DNA of 64,000 nucleotides, taken from Antechinus flavipes (Eukaryota). Positions 29,127 to 40,472 of this stretch are shown here, in pieces. Position 1 is the stretch's first letter; each line of letters opens with the position of its first letter. The stretch lies in contig NC_067404.1 of the NCBI RefSeq assembly GCF_016432865.1, positions 85,250,001 to 85,314,000 on the forward strand, in the 5' to 3' direction. The notes under the pieces are model-generated. The model was not told the DNA's origin. It was given only the letters and a program-made list of their open reading frames with translations, and did not search any database. The position numbers and the translations under genes were made by a program.

Positions 29127-29800
29127 AAGTTTCACATAATGGATTATAGCAAGGCAGGAAATATCTGTGCCTGCATTCTATAATCCAAGGACAAATCCAA
29201 GCATGTTCTAAATATTGGGCCCCGACTGGTCCTTCATTACACTCATACCAAGAGACAAGCTCTATGCGATACCTATGCAGATGTATGTTGAAATCTGGAT
29301 GATAACATTCTTCATTTACTTGGTCTTTCTCAAATGGACACATTTCTTCAGGTGCTTAACAATCCTCTCCTAGGATCCGAGTAGCGTCCAGGGGCTCGAT
29401 GCAGTTAGCACGATACCATCCACAGAGAGGAGTACCTGGAGGACCTCCCCGTCCTTAGGCTTGAACTAGGCACTGGATTGCTTCCATCACAATGCAGAAT
29501 TCCTTCAGCAAATGGACGTCTTTGTGTGTTCTACCTCCATGTCCATGTTCATTGACCGATGGAACCAATGGTTCCATGTCCTCAAAGGAGTAGAGAATGG
29601 TCTTGATATATCTGAACGAATGACACTTTCTAAAAATGCCCATAAGGTGCTGTTTTGTTTTCCTGATTGTATATGTGTCTAGATTTATACGTTTTGGATA
29701 TCTGTGTATATGTATATACCTTTGTTTAATTGCAGCCTTCTCTAGGGTTGGGGATGAGGAGTGAGAAGAAGGGGAAAAAAATCCATAAAAGTGCATAGCC

Positions 29801-30493
29801 GATACTACTGGGCTTATACTCCCAAAGAGATACTAAAGAAGGGAAAGGGACCTGTATGTGCCAAAATATTTGTGGCAGCCCTGTGTGTAGTGGCTAGAAA
29901 CTGGAAATTGAATGGATGCCCATCCATTGGGGAATGGCTGGGTAAATTGTGGTATATGAATGTTATGGAATATTATTGTTCTGTAAGAAATGACCTGCAG
30001 GATGAATACAGAGAGGACTGGTGAGACTTACATGAACTGATGCTGAGTGAAATGAGCAGAACCAGGAGATCATTATACACTTCGACAACGATACTGTATG
30101 AGGATGTATTCTGATGGAAGTGGATTTCTTTGACAAAGAGACCTAACTGAGTTTCAATAGATAAATGATGGACAGAAGCAGCTACACCCAAAGAAAGAAC
30201 ACTGGGAAACGAATATGAACTATCTGCATTTTTGTTTTTCTTCCCGGGTTATTTTTCCCTTCTGAATCCAATTCTCCCTGTGCAACAAGAGAACTGTTCG
30301 GTTCTGCACACATAGATTGTATCTAGGATATACTGCGACATATCTAACATATATAGGACTGCTTGCCATCTAGGGGAGGGGAAAAATCGGAACAGAAACA
30401 AGTAGAAGGGATAATGTTGTAAAAAAAGATTACCCTGGCATGGATTCTGTCAATATAAAGTTATTATTAAATAAAATAAAATAAAATATTTTT
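29801..30493 (+). mobile_element. 5'-truncated L1 with TSD
   Basis: ORF2 end (YPKEI.KKGKGP.CAKIFVAAL.VVARNWK) plus 3' UTR and (AATAA)n tail; 15-bp TSD TAAAAGTGCATAGCC at 29786-29800 and 30494-30508. Confidence 0.92.
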
Positions 30494-30759
30494 TAAAAGT
30501 GCATAGCCAAGAATAAAAGAAAATCTAACAGGAGGAGGAGAAGAGCTGGGTAGTTTTGAAAACAATGTCTAAGATTTATCTTATAGGTTTTCTTGAAATG
30601 AAAATATATTGCTTTATTTTGAATCCTCCCCGCTGTGTTCCCCTGTGTACAAGATAAGGGAATAAAACGAAAACGAGAAATATTAAAACAAAGTAATAAA
30701 ACTGGAAACAATATTTAGTATCTCACGGCAAAATTGAAAATGGGTCAAAGCGAGATGAC

Positions 30760-33110
30760 TGTTGCTTAGTTTGTTATCGTTTATTCTCAGAGAGGGCCAA
30801 TGTGACTTCAGTTTTGTCGAATCGACTCACAATGTATCCAACTACGGCTGCTCTGATTAAAATGTTCTCTCCCACAAGTCAGACACAAAGAGTTCCAATG
30901 AACATTTTGGTTAGATTTTCTAACTTTGTATATCTCAAGTTCTTTTGAGCTTCCTCGATCCTGCTTTGCTAAGAGAGCATGACCCCTTCCCTGATAAGGG
31001 CACACCATGCTGAGCGGTCCGAGCCAGTATCTCCCAAAGTTCTTCAGAGAGACCTTGAGAGTTTCTTTGTACCCTTTTTTTCTAGCCACCGTGTGAGTGC
31101 ACGCCCTGTGTGCATCCTCCGTAAAACAGTGGTTTTAGCAAATATGCATTTGGCATTCAAACAATGTGGCCAGCCCACTGGAGTCGTGCTCTCTGTGAGA
31201 GGGTTGGGATGCTGGGCAGTTTAGTTCCAGAACTAGTGTCTGGTATCTTATCTTTCCAGGTGATCTTCTGAACCTTCCTAAGACACTTCAGATGGAAGCG
31301 ATTCAGTTTTCTGGCGTGGCGCGGGTACACTGTCCAGGTTTCACAAGCATACAACAGTGAGGTCAACACAATGGCTCTGTAGATCTTCACTTTGGAAGGC
31401 AGTCTAATACTTCTCTCTCCCCCACTTCGGAGTCTCCCAGACACTGAGCTAACTCCGGCAATTTGTGTGTCAACTTCATTATGGATCTGTACGTCCCTGG
31501 AGAGTATACTGCCAAGGTAAGTGAACTTATCCACAGCGTTTGCTGTAGCCTATGGTTCCATGTATGGATGCTATGGTGCTGGCTGATGGAGCACCTGTGC
31601 TTTCTCAGTGGTAATTCTTAGGCCAAAATGAAACAAATGGCAGAGAATTTTTTTTTCTTTCTTCTTCTTCTTCTTCTTTTTTTTAATATTTTATTTTATT
31701 TTATTTAATAATAACTTTATATTGACAGAATCCATGCCAGGGTAGTTTGTTTGTTTGTTTTTTTACAACATTATCCCTTGCACTCATTTCTGTTCAAACA
31801 GCAGAGAATTGATCCACACTTTGTTGCATCTCAGTTTCAGAGGCTGCAGACAAAAAATCATGGACCAACACCCCTTCCACTTTAATTTCGGCTTGTAGAC
31901 TTCAAGTTGAAAAATTTACCATTGGTTCGGTCCTGACTTTGATGCCACATTTGTCCTCATTGAAGGAGTTTGACAACCTGGCTGAAAACATCATGGATAA
32001 AAACCATGGGAGCCAGCATATGGTCTTGTTTTAACTCCATTGGTGACTGGGGAAGTGCGAGAGCATCGCAGAATCCATTGGCTATAACCCAAGCAAACAT
32101 GCCATCATGGAACTGATGTACAACACGGATGCATTTTTCTAGGCAGCCAAATCTTGACATAATTTCCCACAAGCCCTCACGACTGATAGCATCAAGGATC
32201 TTGGTCAGATCTACAAACATTGTATACAGCCTTATGTTCTCTGCTCCTGGCACTTCTCCTGGAGTCGAGCAGCAAACATCTTTTCAACCATTCCCCGTCC
32301 CTTCTGAAGCCACACTGGCTCTCAGGTAGATGACAATCTTCTAGGTCAAGGATCAGCCTATTAAGTAGGACTCTGGCAAGAATCTTGCCAGCAGTGACTA
32401 AAAAAGAGACCCCTCCACCCTGTGATTATCACCAGGCAATCTATTCCTTTTACTTTTATAGAGCTGAACGTTGGAGGTGTCCTTGAACTCCTGGAGGATA
32501 ACCTCTTCTTGCCATATGACCCAGAAATTTTCAGTCAGCTTTTGTATGAGCAATGGACCCCCCCACCTTGTAAATCTCAGCTGGAATAGAATTAGCACCA
32601 GGTGCTTTGCCACATGAAAGGAACCTAATGGTAGTCTGTTGAGAACATTATAGAAGTGTTCTGCCCTCTCTCTAGGATCATGTCCTTAGCATTAATCAAT
32701 GTGGGTTCTCAGCACTGAGTAATTGAGATCCACCATAGGTCTTTGGCCCATAGATGACCTTCAGGGTTTCATAAAAGCACTTTGTCTTTCTTCTATCAGC
32801 ATAATACTGAATTTCATCTGATCCAGATGAGCAAATGCAGTGCTGTGCACCAGATTGCTGAAACTTGTCAACTCCTTTTCTGCTCCACTCATGTCAACTG
32901 TTCGTTGGCTCAACTTTCCCTCTAAGATAGCAACAGATTGTGCTTGCTCAAAGAAGCACTCTAATCTGTTGACATAAATTCTGGCCCCCAATGCCTTGAG
33001 GCCATCCCTTTTGTTGAATGTGGATACTTAGCTTGGAGAGGATAAATTTATGATCAGTCCAGCATTCTGCATCATACATTGCAAGATCATATAAAAATCA
33101 CTGGACTTCC
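30760..33110 (-). mobile_element. RTE-clade LINE, decayed ORF
   Basis: Peptides FVDLTK..D.ISREGLW.IMS.FGC, DKFTYLGS.LSRDV.I..EVD, LLYACETWTVY.RHARKLNRFHL.CLRK and Y.ETLKVSLKNFG are typical of RTE/BovB-like RT; multiple stops and frameshifts. Confidence 0.9.
31650..31800 (-). mobile_element. Short L1 3' tail inserted into the RTE
   Basis: Reverse complement of the 30400-30480 L1 tail; TSD GCAGAGAATT at 31640-31649 and 31801-31810. Confidence 0.8.
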
Positions 33111-33149
33111 TAAACACTTCGTGCACATCCGCCCCCCCCCCCAAAAAAA

Positions 33150-33620
33150 AAGAACCTAGACATCATATTTCAAGAAATCTTAAAAGAAAACTGCCCGGAT
33201 GTTTTAGAGTCCAAAGTCAAAGGGGAAATAGAAAACAATCCATTATTTACTTCCTGATAGATACCCCAAAATAAAAACTTCCACCAATGTTATAGCCAAA
33301 CCTCAAACCTTTAGGTCAAAGAAAAAAGCACTTGCAAGTAGCCAGAGAGAATTTGTGTACTAGGCCATCGTACGTGATTTCATCACCACTATAATTATAA
33401 ACCAGTAGAGCCCTGGAAATGAAATAGATACAGACTTAGGACCAAAAATAATTTACCCAGCTTAACAGAGTATAATACTTTAAGGGAAATAAAGACTTCC
33501 AAGAAATCCTGATGAATGGACCAGAACTGAGTAGAAATTTTGATGTATGAACATGGGAGTCAAGAGAAACATTTCTCACAATGTTTCCATAAGTGATCTT
33601 CACCCATGAACTACATGTTT
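33150..33620 (+). mobile_element. Old L1 ORF1-region fragment
   Basis: ATATTTCAAGAAATCTTAAAAGAAAACTGCCCGGAT (IFQEILKENCPD) resembles L1 ORF1p. Confidence 0.7.
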
Positions 33621-33699
33621 GTGATTTCATAATTAACTGAAAGATGTAGAGAATATATGATCCCACAGGGACCTAGTCTATTCTGGTATTAACTTGTTT

Positions 33700-34830
33700 A
33701 AAACTTTGTAATATCACTTCTATTTTCCTTTTTTATCATTTGAAAACATTGATTTTCCATTCCTTCCCCCAATTGAAAGAAAAGAAAAAACTTATAACAC
33801 ACATGTGTGGTCAAAATGTATTCTCACGTCAGCCATTCCACACCCAGAATTCATCACCTCTCTGTTAGGAGGTGGGTAGCACTTCTTCATCATCATTCTC
33901 AAATTATGGTTGCTGAAGTTATCAGTATTTGTAAGATTTTGCACCAGATCCTTATCTGAACTCTCTGTGCATCTTTCTCTTTCACATGTGTGGGGTTTGT
34001 TGTTTGTTTTTGTAAACATCATATTGTTCAAGTTTGCTTTCTAATCCATTCTGCTTTTGCTCACCCTGAGCCCAATCACGGATTCATATTCTTTTTTTCC
34101 TTTTCTTTTGAACTCTTCTTTGTGATTCTGCCCTCCTTAACTACTTAGTTTTGCTTAGGACTAACTGTGCCAGGTGGTGCAGTGGATAGAGTGCCAAGCT
34201 GGGAGTCAGGAGGACTTGAGTTCAATTCTAACCTCAGACATTACCTTTGTGGGTAAGTCACTTCACCCCATTTACCTCAGTTTCCTCGCTTGTAAAACGC
34301 ACTGGAGAAGGAAATGGCAAACCATTCGGGTATCTTTGCCAAGAAAACCCCAGATGGGCGCGTGTCAGATATGACCGAACGACAGATTTCTCCGTTGATG
34401 ATCCCTCTCTTATTCCTCCCCACCACCTTGTCCCCTTTTATCTCCCATTTCTTGTTCAGTGAATACTCAACTCTGTGTCCGTGTGAGTATGTGCTTTCCT
34501 TCCTCCTTTGACCAATTCCGATGAGAAAGACGTTCAAGTGGCCCCTACTCCTTCTCTATCCCCCTTCTTTGGAAAACTGCAGATCATGTGAGAGTATTTG
34601 CTTCCCTTCCTCTACCTTTTCCCCGTAAGGTATTAGTTTCCCTTTCTGGTCTTTTAAGATTATCAAAACAGAACCAAACCACTTAGAGGTTCTCTAATTA
34701 AATTCCCTTTGTCATCTCTGATGATAACGGGGTTCAGAAGGAACAGATGGAATCGCTTCCTTGTATTAGAACCACTTGTTTTCCCCTGCTTAGCATTTTC
34801 CATTCACGTTTACCCATTTATGCTGCCACT
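33700..34830 (-). mobile_element. Old L1 fragments interrupted by a SINE
   Basis: T-rich, L1-like minus-strand segments on both sides of the 34170-34385 SINE; boundaries approximate. Confidence 0.5.
34170..34385 (+). mobile_element. MAR1-like CORE-SINE
   Basis: tRNA-like head GGTGGTGCAGTGGATAGAG...GAGTTCAA, core CCTCAGTTTCCTC, RTE-like tail CTGGAGAAGGAAATGGCAAACC...GCCAAGAAAACCCC. Confidence 0.88.
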
Positions 34831-35329
34831 GAAGGAAGCCGATGACACAGACAGTGAGTAAGGATCCAATGGGATCTGCGCTTTGGGATCGCAGCTGCTG
34901 TGTAATACAGGAATGAGAGAATGACGGGTGTGGAATACACCTCCCAGGGGTTAAAGTGGATGTGCCGGGAGACTCACAAAGCTAATCAGATAGGCTTTAA
35001 AGTGAAAAGGACTGAGAAGGAAGTACACTGCCTCTGTAGATCCCCCATAGGGAGTAGCCATGATATCAAAAAAAATTAGTGGGATACCCCAAAACCTCCT
35101 AGCCAGTACACAAAATCCAACAAATGAATGAATGAGCATTGAAATGCGTGATATTGGTTGTCAGTGCAGAAATGCACACAGTAGGGGTTGAATGAAGAGG
35201 GGGAACTAGAGATCCTAGAGCAAAGACTCCATCGGTATCACTGAAATTTGGGGGGATAGAATGGGATGAGTGGAATTAGGCTGGGGATGAATAGATCCTA
35301 CATTCACAAGCAACTCTAAGTGAAAGTGT

Positions 35330-35458
35330 GATGGCCTTGGTTTCATGGTAGGTTAAGAAGACAATTCTAGAAGACAGCACGGGGAGTCAACTAGCCTGGG
35401 AGTCTAGAAGGCTCAATTTCTCCTCTCCGCCATCTTGGCTCTGCCCCCTAGAAGTCCT
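35330..35458 (-). mobile_element. L1 5' terminus fragment
   Basis: The minus strand reads GGGGGCAGAGCCAAGATGGCGGAG, the typical L1 5' end with a YY1 site. Confidence 0.65.
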
Positions 35459-35944
35459 GCCTAACACAGCCCAGCCATGAGACCCAGGCAATGTTCTTAG
35501 AAGGTGCTGATCAGCATTGGCAAAAAGTCCCCGACATCGGTGAAAGCACAGATTTGGTTAAAACCCAGAACTCTGGGAGAAATGGGAGGAGAACACTTGG
35601 AGGGAAAAGGCTAAGAGGCAGAACCAGAAGCCATGTTGTAAGTGAAGTATACTCTAAATCATCCAGAGAGAAATGGGACCCAGGGTGGTGCTGGGATCAT
35701 CAGAGGGGCTTTCCATTGTCTGCATACCTTCTGGAGTTCTCTGACCAAAGCAGAGCTGCTGAGCACATTTTTGCCTCACAGAAGGGGCTGCTTCCATGAA
35801 CGTGATGTGACCCCATAAGGGCGTGAGGACATGGAAATGTAGAAATGTGATGTGAACTTTGGGTCAAGGGAGGAATAGTGGATTGATTGCCTAATCCCAA
35901 ACTGGGCTGGTCAGAAGAAGTGTTTCATTCTTTCCCCCCAAACC

Positions 35945-35946
<2 letters not shown>

Positions 35947-35984
<38 letters not shown>
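35947..35984. repeat. (AC)n microsatellite
   Basis: Direct AC tandem run. Confidence 0.95.
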
Positions 35985-35986
<2 letters not shown>

Positions 35987-36039
35987 GGTCATTGCCTCAA
36001 CCTTCCCCCAAAACCTAATCTTAAACCTAATTCCAAGGA

Positions 36040-36945
36040 GCAGTAAGGTGGCACAGTGGATAGAACACTGGCCATGGAATCAGAAAGACTTCTTCCCGAG
36101 TTCAAATCTAGCCTAGCTGTGTGACTGGATAAATCACAGTGATATGATTTATGCTGTGGGAGTTTTCACCAAATGATGGCCGACCCCGAAAGAAGAGTTC
36201 ACGATGGCCATTCTCTTTGGCAAAAGGTAGATTTATTTAGGGCACGAGGTTTCAGACAAAAGAAGGGATACCATGGACACCGGGAATGATAAATAGGAAA
36301 CAGAATGGGAGTGCATGGGAAAGCCAAGTGCCTCAATGGAACTCCCAATTACCCAGGAGAAGGGAGCTCCCATGGGTTGGGGCATGTCCTCAGCTGGCAG
36401 GCTAAATCCTGAAAGGGGCCCTAAAAGCACCTTAAAAGAGTTAGCTGTAAGGAGAAGTGGGGTCGGGAAGCATAGTGGAGTTAGGGGAGATACTATGTGG
36501 CAAGGGGAGGAAGGAAAAAGACACCAGAGGCCCCATGGTGGACTGACCCAAAGGAGGGCAAAATCATGGGCCATGAGCTGTTTTATAGGGGAAATTGAGC
36601 CTCGGGGCTGTGGCTGGCCTTCTTGACAGAGCATGGCAAAGTGAGACTCCTGGAGACTGGGGGGAGATGGGGAGGAGTCGGGCATTTGACCTAACTTGGA
36701 TTTCAAATTGGTCCATTTCCCCCAACTGGGACCATGGAGCTAAACCGATGGCTATCAGAACCTTCTGCCTGCTGGCCTCAGGGATCAATTCTTTAGTTTT
36801 TCTTGGTCCAAAACAATCTTCATGGTCTTGGCAACTTCCCCTTGTGTGTCTCAGTTTTCTCATCTGTAAAATGAGCAGAAGTAAATGGCAAACCAGTATC
36901 TCTCCCAAATGGGATCATGAAGATTCGAACGTGACTGAAAAGTGA
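36040..36945 (+). mobile_element. CORE-SINE split by an insertion (SINE parts ~36040-36140 and ~36835-36945)
   Basis: SINE head (GGTGGCACAGTGGATAGA...GAGTTCAAATC) and core/tail (CTCAGTTTTCTCATCTGTAAAATGAG...AAATGGCAAACC) are separated by about 690 bp. Confidence 0.7.
36141..36833 (-). mobile_element. Probable solo ERV LTR
   Basis: About 690 bp insert with a minus-strand TATA (CCCTATAAAA, 36581-36590) upstream of AATAAA (36232-36237), matching U3-R-U5 order; no clean TSD found. Confidence 0.55.
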
Positions 36946-37899
36946 CTCGAGCCCTTCTATCAGTCCCCAGGCCTTTTTGGCCTGAGATACAGCTCCATCT
37001 CTGGTGACATTGTTCAGCACTCACCGTCTCCAAGAAGCTCCCAGTCACCTTCAAGAGTGTCTTCGTGACCAGAAAGGAGGAAACTGTAGCCAATGATGGA
37101 CAAAAGGGCCTCAGGGTTATCTGGGGTGGGAGTGATGGAGTGAATGGACTCCTGTGGAAGATCACCACCCCAGCAGCAACTCAGTATCCAAACCGGCCGA
37201 TGGGGAACGAGCCGACTAGGTGGAATTATCTTGTGCTAACATTATCTTGCACAGACAGAGCCACCCTGTACCCAGGCTCTCTGTTTCCATATCTGGAGGT
37301 TCAGTTGTAGCTGTCCTCTCCTAGGGTTGTGCCCTACATGCCCGTTAAGCTACTGATGCACAGTTAGCACACTTAACAGCCCTGGCTGGGGCCTTTCCCA
37401 TAAAGTGTCCCACGACCCCCCTTGTTAACAGCCAGTCTGTGGGGAACTTCACCCACTTGCCCAGCGCCCAGCGTGGCGATGAAACTCCCTGGTTTGGCTT
37501 GAGCTTGGGAGGCTGTTGGGGACCTCATCCGAAGCTCCGGCTCTTGGAGGCTCCAGAAAGCTCTTGGGGTGCTTGAGCTGAGAGGGGGAGGAGGTGAGGG
37601 GCTGGAACTTTCTAGACGTGGGTGGAATGGCCAGGGCCAAGAGCTTGGGACCGAGCTGGGGTAGCGGGAGTAGAAGGTGGCCAAGAAAGTGCCTTTGGAG
37701 CGGCCCCGTGTGGTAGGTGGTCAAGGTGGAGACGGGCTTTACCGGACCCACGGGAGGCACTCGGGTGTGAGAGTTGGGGCGCGATCTCGGATCTCGTAGA
37801 GCTGTGCTTGGGGACATACTGGAGCCCAGCATCCCTAGCTTCAGCCTGGGCCTCCAAGGTGAATGATCTGGGAGCTGGGACTTGTTTTGTTTCCTTGAG

Positions 37900-38400
37900 G
37901 CTTGAATGTAGGGGGGTGGGGGGGGTGAGATTGCGTGGGGGGGGGTCACGCGGGCAGGGCTGGGGGGGAAGAGGTAGGGGTTCCGGATGTGACCCAAATC
38001 ACGTGGAGGGCCGCTGGGACGGCAGGAGGACCCCCACCCCGCTCCATCTCGATGAATAGGGAGGGGAGAGGGGCGGGGCCCGGAGCAGGCCGCGCTCCCA
38101 CTTTCCCGGGTCCCCGCCCTCCAGGCCCAACAGCTGCCGCGCACGCGCGTGCCGGGACGCGCCGGGGCGGCCGCGCGCACCCTGGCCGAAGACGGCGGCG
38201 GAGCGAGCCGCGCGGGGGCGCGGGCGGCCGGGGGCGCGCAGCAGAGGCACGAACCCGAGTGCCCCCCCCCCGCCCCCCGCCTCCTGGCTGGGTCCCCCAG
38301 ATCAGCCCGCTTCTTTCGCTTCCTTCAGCTCCAGTCCTCGGGGGTCTCCTCTCCTTTCCCCCTCGGGCCCGGCCCCCAGCCGCGGTGAGTGGGAGATGGG
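37900..38400 (+). promoter_or_regulatory. CpG island and non-coding first exon of CCDC120
   Basis: CpG-dense with GC boxes and TCACGTG (38000-38005); donor GCG|GTGAGT at 38384/38385. Confidence 0.7.
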
Positions 38401-40472
38401 GAGTGGGAGACTGGGAATGGGGGGGAGAGGGAGGAAGCAGCCTGATGCCCCTCCTCCAGCCCGGCCCCCCTGGGGGGCAGCCGGGCAAGCTCCCCCGCCC
38501 GGCCCCTGTCCCTGGTTCTGAGGGAGCCGGTCCAAAGGCGGGGGTGGTGGTTCGGTTGGGCAGTGCCGAGGGAAGGGAGCGGAGGGGTGGGAGTGGGGAT
38601 GTGACGCCTCCCTCTCTTCTCCTCTCCAATCTCCCCGCCCCGCCCCTCGGGGGGGTGGGGTGAGGTGTCTCGGGGCTGTGGAGCCTGGGGCTCCGATCCC
38701 CCACCTGTCTCCACCGGTTCTCCCTGACGAGGGGAGCTCTGGGTACAAGGAGCACAGGACAGGACAGGTCGGTGGTCTCATCTCTCGGTGCTGGGGGACA
38801 GGGGGGACAAGCCAGCTGGCAGGAAGTGGACGCACCCTCCTCCCCAAATCTAGCCCTGGTGGCGTTCCCTTCATCTCCCCTCCCCCGCAGCATCAGTTTC
38901 CCCAATATCTATCTTCTCGAGCCCTCGGCCTGAGGAAAGAGAAAGTGAGGTTACGAAGGGCTGATGACCCCCGCCCCCCCCTCCCGCCTTTTCTCCCCTC
39001 GGCCCTGGGGCCTGATCAGGGCTGGGGCCAGGAATTCCTGGAATCCAGGGCCCGGCCCCCCCCACGTACTAGACCCACAGCCTGACGCGGGGGAGGTCGG
39101 GAGGTTGAGCCGGCCCGTGCCGGCCCCCCCCCCTCGGCGGGTGGGCTTGCTGCCTGGGGTGAGGGCGGGGGTCTCGTGCAGGGGGCGGGGGTGGGCCTGC
39201 CTTCTGCCACGCCCTCAGCCTTACCTTTCCCCTTCCCCACCCCCTCGGACCTGGGCCACCGAGCAAAGGGTTAAAAGGTGGAGGCTTTCTCCTCCTCCTC
39301 TTCCTCTGTCCCCCGCCCCCCGGCCAGCCGACAAGCAGGTTACGGCTTGGCCTGGGCTCTTGGCGAAAGCCTTCCTGCGCTGCTGCTCCCCGACCTGGCT
39401 CAGGCCGAGCCCCAGGAGGGGAACCCCACAAGTGGTGAGGAGGGGGGACGGCTCAGGGAAGTGAGAGGGCCTGGGGGAGGGTGCCGGGCCGTGAGGATGC
39501 AGGCAGAGGCAAATTGGGTTTTTTCCAGACGGCTGGAGGTCTGGAGCTTGGGAGTAGGAAGGGCGCTGCCAAAGGAATCCGGCTTCTCCCCAGAAGCAGC
39601 AGCAGCGCTCTCCTACGGAGAGGAAGGGCCCCCAGCCCGGGGCCCAACCTAGGAGCTCCTCGGCCTGTCCGCCCCCTCTAGGAGATGGCAGGAGCTACTC
39701 TGGCTGCCCCAAGGCTGCTGGGCGACCCTGGGAATTGTATTCATCAGGCCGGGACCCCTGGAACCCCTAGAGGCTTGAGCTTTGGGGGGGACGCTTTGGG
39801 GACAAGGGCTCTACGGGATCAAGTCAGTGGTGGGCAGCTTGAGGGCGGAAGAACTTGGGGGAACTAGCTGAAGGCTTGGGCTGTTGGGGGGAGCACAAGG
39901 AGTAGAGCCCCCCGCCCAGCCGCCTCAGCTTGGGAGCCAGGGATCAAGGAGGGCTTTTGCTGTGGGCTGGCAGATGAGACCCCTGCCCTGGGCTCAGGGG
40001 AGCTACCAGGTGGGGAGGAGGAGGGGGAGGAGGCGCTCCCTCTTCCCAGAGCCTTGTTTATCTGCCTCCCCTGGACTTTGCTTCGGTGCTCCCTGACTCA
40101 TTCCTGGCCAGGAGCTAAGGAGCAGAGGCAGCTCTTGGGGTGCCTGGAAGCTGGGGCCAGGTCCCAGCTGCCGCCTGCTCTGGCCCACGCAAGGGGAGGC
40201 CTGCCAGAACTACGTGCTGGCAAAGGCTGGGAGGGATAGGAGACTTACGTCTGCCCCCCCCCAAAAAAAAAAAAAAAAAAAAAAAACAACCCAAGCCCAA
40301 CCCTAACCAGGAGGTAGGAGTCACTTCCCAGGGCTGGGGGGGGGGGGGAGGGAGGAGAAGGGGAGGGAGGAAGAACGGCTGGGGGCCTTGGCAGCAAGAG
40401 CTTCTCCTCACCCAGGCCCTGGCCCTGGCCCTGTCCAGCTAGAAGCCTGTGCCCCCTCTCACCTGCCCTAGG

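Noticed and set aside
29125-29660. Firm call of a filovirus NP endogenous element
   Set aside because: Hand alignment gives only twilight-zone identity, and similarly weak matches to unrelated cellular proteins could be found. Left unassigned in findings.
35470-35800. 102-aa + ORF (MFLEGADQHWQK...) and nearby peptide-like frames, also 36950-37310
   Set aside because: No family identified, no splice or TSD support; may be a pseudogene fragment but unsupported.
40263-40287. Poly-A run as the tail of a retro-insertion
   Set aside because: No upstream element body or TSD; a simple homopolymer.
40416-40472. N-terminally extended CCDC120 isoform
   Set aside because: An in-frame TAG at 40440-40442 lies upstream of ATG 40473.
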